Positions 26,327-35,000 of a stretch of 64,000 nt of DNA are shown one piece after another. The translations under genes and the position numbers were made by a program. The notes beneath the pieces were generated by a model, which searched no databases, was not told the DNA's origin, and saw nothing but the letters and a program-made list of their open reading frames with translations. Within the stretch, counting starts at the first letter, position 1, and every line of letters starts with the position of its first letter. Location: positions 85 to 64,084 of the forward strand of contig DASXHH010000024.1 in NCBI GenBank assembly GCA_036488585.1, written 5' to 3'. The stretch is from Candidatus Saccharimonadia bacterium (GTDB lineage Bacteria > Patescibacteriota > Saccharimonadia > UBA4664).

Positions 26327-26836
26327 GTGCGAAGCAATAATCGATCGAGTTTCAAAGTGAGTGTTGCTCAAATAACCCGCTATACTGGGGGCATGTATGA
26401 AGCCTCGGTGTCAGTGGATTTCGAGTGTAGCCGGGAGGTCGTGTACGGGATTTTGTCTAATCTCGGTCGATATCCGGAATGGAACCACGGCATGATTTAT
26501 ATCTCGCATACAGGGCCGATGTACGCGGGATTGAAATTTGAAACGCGGACACGAGTGCTGGGGCAAATCAACGCCGCTGACGTGGAGGTAGTGCATTTGG
26601 TCCCCCCTGCCTTGATTCGGCTTCAGAGTAAAACCGGACTGGTCAGCTACAACGCTGTGTACCGGCTGAAGGATAGGGCCAATGGTGGATCGATGGTGAC
26701 ATGTGACCTTAAATTCGAGTTTAGTAAGGCTGTGCTTAGTTTGGCACACGAAGCGATTGAGGGCATGGCTCGCGACCGTCTGGAGAACGACTTACTCAAG
26801 TTGGCGAAAATTTTGGATAACAAGGCTTATCACTAG
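26327..26836 (+). CDS. SRPBCC (START/Bet v1/polyketide-cyclase-like) domain protein; likely start at the internal ATG 26393
   Basis: ~145-aa domain with a pattern typical of the SRPBCC ligand-binding fold. Weak assignment. Confidence 0.4.
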   Translation: MRSNNRSSFKVSVAQITRYTGGMYEASVSVDFECSREVVYGILSNLGRYPEWNHGMIYISHTGPMYAGLKFETRTRVLGQINAADVEVVHLVPPALIRLQSKTGLVSYNAVYRLKDRANGGSMVTCDLKFEFSKAVLSLAHEAIEGMARDRLENDLLKLAKILDNKAYH

Positions 26837-26956
26837 GGAGGGGATGCAAAACAATAGTTAAGCCGACAAGTGCCAGCCGCCTGGAGATTTAATACGTGAT
26901 TCAATCTTCGGGTAGTTGTCTGCGCAAACGTGCACGGTGGGATTGGAATTGGGCGG

Positions 26957-26992
26957 AAAACAGCCGACTGCATAGCGCTAAATCGGCCGTTT
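26957..26992 (-). terminator. Putative terminator after the 27070..29016 gene: 10-bp stem AAACAGCCGA/TCGGCCGTTT (1 mismatch), large loop, short T-run on minus
   Basis: Inverted repeat seen directly. The U-tract is weak. Confidence 0.35.
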
Positions 26993-27069
26993 GAGGAGAA
27001 ATAACGCTTATGGACGCCTGGCTAGGGTTATTGGGACATTATCCGAGTACCGGTGACAGCAAAAACGCT

Positions 27070-29016
27070 CTAGAATAGCGGCGGTAGTTCTCCCAGGCCT
27101 TGGTACAAAGATTGGTCAGCACTGGAGTCGAATAATTTGGGCGGATTGAGATAGAGTTGGGGGTTCATGGCTACAACTTCGGCCTCTACGGAGCCTGAAA
27201 TAGCAGGCGGACCGAGGCGGCTGAGCAAGAGGTCGTGTGCCATTAGAAAACCCTTAACATTGAGAGTTGGTGTCACAATACCGCATGGTGCATCCGGAGT
27301 GGCAGCTTTGCCACAGGTATTAATTGTGCCGTCAGTGAACAGGTAGGCATCCACCTCGTTGACACTGCTGAGGATATCAAGATTTTGGTCAGCGATGATG
27401 CCGAGGGACGGGATATCGCTTCGGCCTGTGCCGGACCCAGGATTGAGCACGATATTACCGTTTATTACCACCCGGGAGGCATTTAATGCCACTAAAGTGA
27501 TCCTATTGGAAACAGTGCCGGAAATATCTAGCTCACCACTACCGTAGAAGTAGTAGAGGCCGGATTGGCCGTTAACACTCCAACCTGTGACTGCTCCAGC
27601 GGTTGGGATTGTCTTAATATCAGACCCAGAGTAGGCTCGGGCGAGAGAAAGTAGGTCTGGTCGACAGATTTGACCGTATCCCCCATTTGCACCAAGCGTT
27701 AACAGGTTGGTGCCGCCACTAGAGTTAAACCCGCCGATGAGACCGGTGGCCGACACAACATACTGGCCACTTGAAAGGGTGGTGCCCCTGATATTGCCGA
27801 TAACATTGCCGCCTCCAGACGCAAGACTGCACGCCAGCCCACTGCCGGCATGGATGTCGCTATTCTGCCCCGTCACTATCGGGACTACCACACCCATCAC
27901 ATTATTGGTGGTGCTGCCTGGTAGGACAAGCACGGGGCCTAAAGTGTTAGTAGCAACTCCGGTAGCGGTATTTACACCAATACCCAAACCTGTTGCCTTC
28001 ACGATGATTCTTAATGGCTGCGGCGGCCCGGTCGTCCAAGAGTCGAGTATTGCCGCGTTAGCCGGCAGGCTGAAGCTCCAAGTCAGGGTCTTAGTAGCCG
28101 GTGAGTACGTCGGCGTTGGCGCGCCCGGGGCTGGGCCTACGTAACTCATTTGCGCAGGCAAAGTATCAGTAATTGTAACACTGGTAAGCTGAATCGGTAT
28201 TGACTCCAGCCCCGTTATTGAGTAAACGATATCGTTTCCGACCGCCGTCACCCCAACCTGATCTGAACTCTTTGAAAGCTGCAGCTTAGGCGTCGGTGGC
28301 ATGGGCGGGGCAGTTACGTCCCCAGTCAAGTTGCCGCATTTATCCTTAAGAAGAAACTTGCCGCCAGGATAGTAGAATATCACCGACTTATCAACTTCCG
28401 GGTCTTCACTGTCCTTGGCAAACGCAACGTCAGGCTGGCATTGTTCCGGTGGCGCGCAGCTTAGTAAAATAACATTATTTGTAATAACGCCCCAGCCGTT
28501 CACATCTTGACCTGTAAAGTCCTGGAAAACGTTAAAATTCACAGAGTAACCCGGATATGCTCCACTATTATAGGCTGCTACCAGGGCCACCCAGTCGGCC
28601 CAATGGTCTTGGGCGTATTGAATGCCAGTTACATGTGAACCACCAAAGTCCGGGCCGTTTTTCCCGAGCATAATGTCGACAATAGACGCCACCCGGCCTT
28701 CATTCACTACCGACGTTGCATCAAACAACCTGGCATGGATATTAGAAACAAATGATGAATACGTGATATCTACAGTCGGCCAGTCCGGGGTCAAGCCCGC
28801 AAACTGGGTGGCGCCAACCGGCTCTAGCACATATGTCAGATCATTACCAATCGCCGGAGAGTTACGATTGTCAAAATAGCCGCAATTCAAGTCGCGCCCA
28901 TATGGACCAGATCCGGGGATGTTGCATGCTGCTGCTCGAGCTACCGGGCTAAACGTCACCATTGCTGCGACGCCCAATACGCATATCCCGATCGATGCTA
29001 AAAGCCATCGTTTCAT
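27070..29016 (-). CDS. Secreted 648-aa protein with signal peptide and a DUF11-like conserved-repeat beta domain (hypothetical surface protein)
   Basis: MKRWLLASIGICVLGVAAMVTFSPVARAAA signal peptide. A DUF11-like segment (VYSITGLESIPIQLTSVTITDTLPAQMSYVG). Confidence 0.5.
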   Translation of the reverse strand: MKRWLLASIGICVLGVAAMVTFSPVARAAACNIPGSGPYGRDLNCGYFDNRNSPAIGNDLTYVLEPVGATQFAGLTPDWPTVDITYSSFVSNIHARLFDATSVVNEGRVASIVDIMLGKNGPDFGGSHVTGIQYAQDHWADWVALVAAYNSGAYPGYSVNFNVFQDFTGQDVNGWGVITNNVILLSCAPPEQCQPDVAFAKDSEDPEVDKSVIFYYPGGKFLLKDKCGNLTGDVTAPPMPPTPKLQLSKSSDQVGVTAVGNDIVYSITGLESIPIQLTSVTITDTLPAQMSYVGPAPGAPTPTYSPATKTLTWSFSLPANAAILDSWTTGPPQPLRIIVKATGLGIGVNTATGVATNTLGPVLVLPGSTTNNVMGVVVPIVTGQNSDIHAGSGLACSLASGGGNVIGNIRGTTLSSGQYVVSATGLIGGFNSSGGTNLLTLGANGGYGQICRPDLLSLARAYSGSDIKTIPTAGAVTGWSVNGQSGLYYFYGSGELDISGTVSNRITLVALNASRVVINGNIVLNPGSGTGRSDIPSLGIIADQNLDILSSVNEVDAYLFTDGTINTCGKAATPDAPCGIVTPTLNVKGFLMAHDLLLSRLGPPAISGSVEAEVVAMNPQLYLNPPKLFDSSADQSLYQGLGELPPLF

Positions 29017-29534
29017 GGCTGCTTCTGCAATTCGCTAATGGCCTGCTCAAATATAGCTTTCTGGAAGGGCGCGCCCGGGAGGTTCTTGGGCATTAGGCGA
29101 ATAGCTTGCTGATAATACCCGATCGCCTGGCTCTTTTGCCCAAGCTGACTACTGGCCATGGCCGCCCCTGCCGCCTCACCAAACGTAATTCCAGTAATAG
29201 CTATGCTATTACGATACGAGTTCAAAGCTGCGCTGAAATTGCCAGCCGTCATATAATCCGCCGCTGCATTCTGCAGGGCTCGCACACGATATTGATTGCT
29301 ATGACTGCGTTGGGCCAGTGCAGTCCATTGATCGGCCGCCTTTGCAAATTTATTTGTTGATTCCAGCTGTTCAGTGATAGCCTGGGTCTCCGAAAAGTCC
29401 TGGCTGGCCAGGTGATCCTCGTAAATAATGTATCCTCTCCAGCCCCCAATAAGAAGAATCACCGCAAATAAAAAGCCACCGATAACTAAATATCGCTTGC
29501 GTCGTACGCGGCTAGCTTGTCCGACCTGTGGCAT
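29013..29534 (-). CDS. Single-pass membrane protein with TPR-like helical repeats (hypothetical); start overlaps the downstream secreted-protein gene by 4 nt
   Basis: N-terminal TM (YLVIGGFLFAVILLIGGW), then helical Ala/Gln-rich repeats. Confidence 0.4.
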   Translation of the reverse strand: MPQVGQASRVRRKRYLVIGGFLFAVILLIGGWRGYIIYEDHLASQDFSETQAITEQLESTNKFAKAADQWTALAQRSHSNQYRVRALQNAAADYMTAGNFSAALNSYRNSIAITGITFGEAAGAAMASSQLGQKSQAIGYYQQAIRLMPKNLPGAPFQKAIFEQAISELQKQP

Positions 29535-29611
29535 TGGAAACCCTATAGAATATATCGAAAATTATACTATTTATGTTCGTAAAATGCTTGTGATTCGACG
29601 GGCGAAAATGA

Positions 29612-29661
29612 ATAACCAAACAACCAAAAGACCCAGCCGATAGATGTGACGAGGGTCTTTT
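29612..29661 (-). terminator. Terminator after HAD gene 1: 9-bp perfect stem AAAAGACCC/GGGTCTTTT followed by a T-rich run on minus
   Basis: Seen directly. Downstream of the stop at 29756. Confidence 0.4.
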
Positions 29662-29755
29662 GGAGCTTAAAATGCGACCGTTAATCGAATCCTAGATCGG
29701 GAATTAGAGAAGGTTGGCGTACAGGCCATATGAAAGTTATTTACTGAGGAGCTGG

Positions 29756-30388
29756 TTACTTTTCGGGGAGTAAGCTTAATAACTGAGAGAAATCCTCAAA
29801 GGAATAGTCGGCTTTCTCGGAATGACCCCAAACCATGACAGCTATGAGCCCGAGCTGCTTAGCAGGGATTATATCCACATCCTCACGGTCGCCGACAAAG
29901 ACAAGGTTGGATGGATGAGCGTTACTACGAGTGACTACAAGTTCAAATCCTTGAGGATGGGGTTTTGGCTCTGAAATGTCATCGCTGGTCAAAATATGTG
30001 TAAACCAGGAAGGATTAATGTTCACGGTATGAAGCGTGCGCTCAACACGCTCCGGCTTGGAGTTACTGAGAAGACCAATCGGTAAAACCTCGCGAATAGT
30101 GTCAACCGTTTTGTATATGCGCTCATCAGGCCTGTAATATTGGGTCTCATCTAGCTGACCAAAATATGTTGGCCAGAAGTCCTTTGGCATTCCGAGTGCC
30201 TTAAAGACCGCCGACTTGCTCCCGTACTTTTTGTAGGCAGCGCGATAGTCATCCTTGACTTCATCACTTACATCTTGATGTGTGGCCTCAGCATAGGCTT
30301 CAAGACATAGAGCATCTTGGGCCGCAAGAAATTCGGGGGTTTGCAGAGTGAGGGTTCCGTTGAGATCAAACCACATTTCTTTAATCAT
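29756..30388 (-). CDS. HAD-superfamily hydrolase (phosphatase-like), paralog 1
   Basis: Motif I FDLNGTL (DxxGT) at the N-terminus. HAD core motifs downstream (VFVGDREDVDI). Confidence 0.7.
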   Translation of the reverse strand: MIKEMWFDLNGTLTLQTPEFLAAQDALCLEAYAEATHQDVSDEVKDDYRAAYKKYGSKSAVFKALGMPKDFWPTYFGQLDETQYYRPDERIYKTVDTIREVLPIGLLSNSKPERVERTLHTVNINPSWFTHILTSDDISEPKPHPQGFELVVTRSNAHPSNLVFVGDREDVDIIPAKQLGLIAVMVWGHSEKADYSFEDFSQLLSLLPEK

Positions 30389-30402
30389 GAGGTAATTATA
30401 TG

Positions 30403-30452
30403 CTTAAATACGCAAAATCACGCCATGTGGCGCGACTTGACAACGTTATAAA
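30403..30452 (-). promoter_or_regulatory. Conserved ~50-nt element (copy 1) immediately upstream of HAD gene 1. Contains the inverted repeat CGCCA-TG-TGGCG and TTGTCA/TTGACA hexamers. Putative promoter/operator.
   Basis: Near-identical to copy 2 at 31133..31180: AAATAC(GC)AAAATCACGCC[A/T]TGTGGCGCGACTTGACAACGT. Confidence 0.35.
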
Positions 30453-30533
30453 ACCATAGCAGGACGTTAATCGAATGATTGAGGACGATTCTGAAGCAAC
30501 TATTGATGAGGTTCGGAAATTATTGGCCGAGAG

Positions 30534-31097
30534 CTAGATGGTAACCCCTAATTGTGTAAGGTCCGTCTTCAGTTGTTCCGCCGATTTGAATTGAGTGGAA
30601 TTAATACCTATATTTGCAGCTGCTTCAACGTGACGGATATTGTCATCGATAAAAACGGATTCTGCAGGAGCTACGTGTAGTTTTTTGAGGGCTAGATGAA
30701 AAATCTCTGGGCTAGGCTTGACCATCCCCACTTCACTCGAAACCACAATAACGTCAAAATATTGTTCTAAATTATTTTCAGCAAGAATGCCTCGGATTAG
30801 TTTTGACGGTGCGTTAGAAATTAGCGCCATCTTATACTCTTTGCTGAGCTTAGAAACAATATTGACTACGGCGTTATCTACGGTAGCAGCGCCATCTACT
30901 TCTTCAAAGGTAACTTCCCGTCCCGTTAGTTCGCTTAATGTGGTTAAAAATTGTTCAGTCGTAATAGCGCCGATATCCTGCTGATGGGAAGCATCAAAAT
31001 ACGGTCCTTCGTGAGGAATTTTATTCGATGCCAGCCAGGCTTTGTAGGCATCGGTACGAATAACATCAAAGAAATCGAAAATGAGAGCTTTGATCAT
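30534..31097 (-). CDS. HAD-superfamily hydrolase, paralog 2
   Basis: MIKALIFDFFDVI N-terminal motif I, and a C-terminal VFIDDNIRHVEAA motif. Confidence 0.7.
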   Translation of the reverse strand: MIKALIFDFFDVIRTDAYKAWLASNKIPHEGPYFDASHQQDIGAITTEQFLTTLSELTGREVTFEEVDGAATVDNAVVNIVSKLSKEYKMALISNAPSKLIRGILAENNLEQYFDVIVVSSEVGMVKPSPEIFHLALKKLHVAPAESVFIDDNIRHVEAAANIGINSTQFKSAEQLKTDLTQLGVTI

Positions 31098-31132
31098 TGA
31101 GTAAGTATATCAAGAATGGGAGAAGACCATGC

Positions 31133-31180
31133 GAAATACAAAATCACGCCTTGTGGCGCGACTTGACAACGTATAATAAC
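31133..31180 (-). promoter_or_regulatory. Conserved ~50-nt element (copy 2) upstream of HAD gene 2 and directly downstream of tRNA-Trp
   Basis: Sequence conservation with copy 1 (see 30403..30452). Confidence 0.35.
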
Positions 31181-31181
31181 A

Positions 31182-31257
31182 TGGCAGGGGTGGCAGGACT
31201 CGAACCCACGACACGCGGTTTTGGAGACCGCTGCTCTACCAACTGAGCTACACCCCT
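31182..31257 (-). tRNA. tRNA-Trp (anticodon CCA), CCA end encoded
   Basis: Manual fold: acceptor AGGGGTG/CACCCCT, D-arm GCTC/GAGC, anticodon stem GCGGT/ACCGC with loop CTCCAAA, T-loop TTCGAGT. Similar to E. coli tRNA-Trp. Confidence 0.9.
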
Positions 31258-31292
31258 ACGATGAAGGCGCCGGGAAGCGCCTTCTTATTTTG

Positions 31293-31454
31293 CTATTTAC
31301 TTTCTTTGAACTCAACTACTTTGCGTAGGAGCCGAGAGTACTTGCGGGCGACGATGCGCTCGGTAGTATTCTTGGGGTTCTTGGAGGTGGTATACACCGT
31401 GGTGGGGTCCTCCTCCGAACGCAGAGTGATGACTGGGCGGTTTTTCTTAGCCAT
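31293..31454 (-). CDS. rpmG: 50S ribosomal protein L33 (53 aa, non-Cys type); missed by the ORF track because it is under 60 aa
   Basis: Manual translation: MAKKNRPVITLRSEEDPTTVYTTSKNPKNTTERIVARKYSRLLRKVVEFKESK. Confidence 0.8.
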   Translation of the reverse strand: MAKKNRPVITLRSEEDPTTVYTTSKNPKNTTERIVARKYSRLLRKVVEFKESK

Positions 31455-31455
31455 T

Positions 31456-31653
31456 TTAGGTTACTTCTCCTTCTTTGGGGGTGATGGCGCTAGCGATCAA
31501 ATAAATGAAGACTCCGGGAAGGACGGTGGTCATGACGGTGACGGTGAGCACAATCAGACGGACCACGGTGACGTCCACTTCGATGTAGTCGGCGATGCCG
31601 GCACAGAGCCCCGAGATTTTTTTACCTTTTTCCTTGAGGACGAGGCGCTTCAT
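31456..31653 (-). CDS. PspC-domain small membrane protein (65 aa)
   Basis: MKRLVLKEKGKKISGLCAGIADYIEVDVTVVRLIV matches the PspC N-terminal motif plus one TM. The ORF-track extension upstream runs into tRNA-Thr and is not coding. Confidence 0.55.
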   Translation of the reverse strand: MKRLVLKEKGKKISGLCAGIADYIEVDVTVVRLIVLTVTVMTTVLPGVFIYLIASAITPKEGEVT

Positions 31654-31680
31654 TGGGGATAAATCCTTTAATTCTTTAAA

Positions 31681-31755
31681 TGGAGCCCAAGGTGGGGATT
31701 GAACCCACGACCCCTTCCTTACCATGGAAGTGCTCTGCCACTGAGCTACTTGGGC
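31681..31755 (-). tRNA. tRNA-Thr (anticodon GGT), CCA encoded
   Basis: Manual fold: GCCCAAG acceptor, GCTC/GAGC D-arm, anticodon loop ATGGTAA, T-arm GTGGG/CCCAC with loop TTCAATC. Confidence 0.9.
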
Positions 31756-32020
31756 ATGTGCAACTGTCAAACCATAGCACAAATCGCTTGATACGGCAAC
31801 CCATTGAGGACGGGTGACTCGGGTCTCTCGCTAGTTCAAAGCCAGCCCAATTTTTGAGCATAACCGGGTTGAGCCTCAGGTATAAATTTGGTAAAATTTA
31901 AACGTAAGTAGTTTGTGAGGAACAGGTCTGAACACCCGGCGTTTTATACGTATAGGGATCTCGTCAAGAAAACTGCTTACTGCCCTGGCCCTCGCGGCGA
32001 CTGGGCTAGTTTGGGTTGGA

Positions 32021-35000
32021 GTGCTAGTTGGGACTGCCCAGCCTGCTCAGGCCGCGGCCGGCATCAACCAACAGATCAACTTCCAGGGTCGGCTGCTGAC
32101 CGCTAGCGGAGCGGTGGTGGCGGATGGCACTTACAACATGGAGTTCCAAATCTGGCAGGACGGCAATGGCTGCGTTACCGGCTGTACCAGTGCAAATGCC
32201 AACACCAGTAACGGTGGTACCCTGAAGTGGACTGAGGATTGGATCTATGGCACCGGCTCACCTGACAACCGGGTGACCGTTAAGAACGGTTACTATTCAG
32301 TGTCTCTGGGCTCAATCACCTCATTGTCGAGCGTTGACTTCAACCAGAACACCCTGTGGCTATCCATGAACGTTGGTGACACCTCAAACCAGGCCTCCTT
32401 CGCTACTTCCGGTGGTTATCTCATTCCGTTTAAGCGCCTAGCGAGTGCGGTGTACGCTTTGCAGGCGGCTAATTCCAGTGCCCTTGGTAACGTTGCGGCC
32501 GCTAACTATGTGCAATTTGGCACCGGTACCCTCCAGGCTGACAATTCCACCAACTCCAGCATCTATTTCAATAAGACCAACACTGGGAATCTGCTGCAAC
32601 TACAGACCGGCGGCACAAATGCCTTTGTGCTAGATAACTTGGGCAACCTACAATTTGGCAACAACTCAGACAAGACGATCTCGGTGGCCACCGCCAGCTC
32701 GGCCAACGGTAATAGCCTAACGGTGGTGGCTGGTTCGGGCAACGGGACTAGTAAGAACGGCGGGAACCTGGTGTTGGAGGCTGGAGCGGCGACCAGTGGT
32801 GGCACCGGGGGTAGCATTATCGTCAAACCCCTTACCGACTCCACTGCGGCCTTCCAGATCAAAAATGCTGCCGGTAACACTTTCGTCAGCGCCGATTCGA
32901 CGATCAGCAAGCTCACCGTCACGAGCGCCGGCGCGCCGGCCGTCACGGGCTCAGAACTCATAACCACCACTGCCTTCAATAACGCTGCCTGGACATCCGC
33001 CGGCTGGACCACGACCTCTACCACCGCCGCCCATAACACCGGCAACACTTCGCCCCTGTCCACCGGCCAGTTCAGTGCCGTTTCGGGGACTACCTACCAA
33101 GTCACCTTTACCGTCACTGGTAGCCCTACTGCCGGCCAAACCATTACCCCCTGTATCGGCACCACCTGTGGCCAGGCCGTAGCGGGTAACACCACCGGCC
33201 AGGTCGAGCTCATCACGGCCGGGAGCACGCTCACCCCGGCCCTCCAATTCGAGCCCACCACCTCAACCTGGAATGGCACCATCTCCGCCGTCTCGGTCAA
33301 GGCCATCACCGCCGCCTCCGCCGGCCTTTCCGTCACTGATGCTACCTCATCCTTCCCGATTGAGCTACGCAGTAGCGGCGCCTTCGGCAATACCTTTATC
33401 GGCACCTCCTCTGGCTCCTTCGACACCACCGGCTCCCGCAACACCGCCGAGGGCTGGGGCGCCCTGGGCTCCGTCACCACCGGCACCGAAAACACCGCTT
33501 CCGGTTATAACACCCTCCAGGACAACACCACCGGTGGCCAAAACGCGGCCTTTGGTCGCTGGGGTCTACAACTCAACACCACCGGCTCGGGCAATACGGC
33601 GCTTGGCTACGCGGCCGGGCTCAACAACGTCACCGGATCCAACAACACCTTCCTTGGCGCTGGGGCCAGCGAGGACTCATCGGCGGTAGGAGCCCTCCAA
33701 AACGCCACCGCCATTGGAGTGAACTCATTGGTCGCTCAATCCGATAGCCTAGTCCTTGGCTGCATCAACGGTCAAAACAGCTGTACCGCCACCACCAAGG
33801 TCGGTATCGGCACCTCGGCCCCAACCGCCACTCTGGATGTACGCGGCGATACCCAGATCACCAGCGCTTCAACCACTTCCTTCCAGGTGCAGGGTAGCTC
33901 CAGCAGCGCTGTGTTTACAGTGGATACCAGCTCCAACTCCGGCCAGGGCCAGATAATCCTCGGCAAGCCTTCCACTAACAAGGGCGTGATCGTCTTTGAT
34001 GATTCGGTCTCGGCTAATACCGCTTCGCTGAGCGTCGCTGGCAACTCTAATGGTGGCGGTGCTTTTACCTTGCCCAACCTGTCCGGCGCCCAGACCATCT
34101 GCACAAGCAACGCTACCAGTTGTAGCGGTACCTATCTGACGGCTGGTAACTATCTGCAGCAGGCGCCGTCTAGTAGTGCGACCAACACCATCTCGCCGAC
34201 CGGCGCTTCCACCACCGGCCTCATAGTGCAGCAAACCTCCACTTCCGGCGGAGCACCCGACATCTTTGATGTTTACGGCACCTCGAGTGCTACCAAGTTT
34301 ATCCAGGTAACTGGAACTGCATCCAACGCCGGTGCAATTAATATTACGTCCCAAGGGGCCGGCAACGCCGTAACCATTCAAGGTGCGGGCAACGTTAACC
34401 TCGTCACTAATAGTGCCAGCACTGGTACGATCGTTAAGAACTCCACCAACTCCACTTCCGGCTTCCAGGTTCAGCGATCTACCGGTGACACTCTGCTGGG
34501 AGTTGATACCGTTAACAGCAACGTGAACATTCAGGGTGCCAACCTGGTGACGCCTTATGGTGGTCTCGGGATCTACCAGAACTTGCTCAAGTATACCGAG
34601 CAGTTTGATCAGGCGGGTACTTGGGCTGTTTCCGGAACTTTGACAGTGGCGGCAAATTCGACTTCAGCGCCGAATAACCAGACGACTGCGGATACACTTC
34701 CGGCCACTAGTTCCGGTGCTAGCGTCGCTCAGACCTCAACAACCGCCGTGGCCAACACAAACTTTACCTTTAGCGTCTGGATGAGAACCTCCAGTGGTAC
34801 GCAAAACGCGAACCTGCGGATTGATGGCTCCGGTGGTGGCACCGGCACATCGAGCGCGGCGACAGTGACCGCCAACTGGCAGCGCTTTAGTGTGACGCAA
34901 AACCTTAACCCGGGTTCGGGCTTCAGTGGCAATGCCAAGGTGCTGATTTTCCCCGGTACCACCGCTGGCACTGGAACAGTTATAGCCTGGGGGGCTCAGC

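Noticed and set aside
31261-31662. Plus-strand 133-aa ORF
   Set aside because: It is antisense to rpmG (L33) and the PspC-like gene, both of which translate to recognisable proteins on minus.
31915-32106. ORF 31915..32106 (+) as a possible N-terminus of the giant protein
   Set aside because: It is in a different frame from the 32021 ORF and encodes Arg/Gly/Pro-rich sequence. The signal peptide is in the 32021 frame, not this one.
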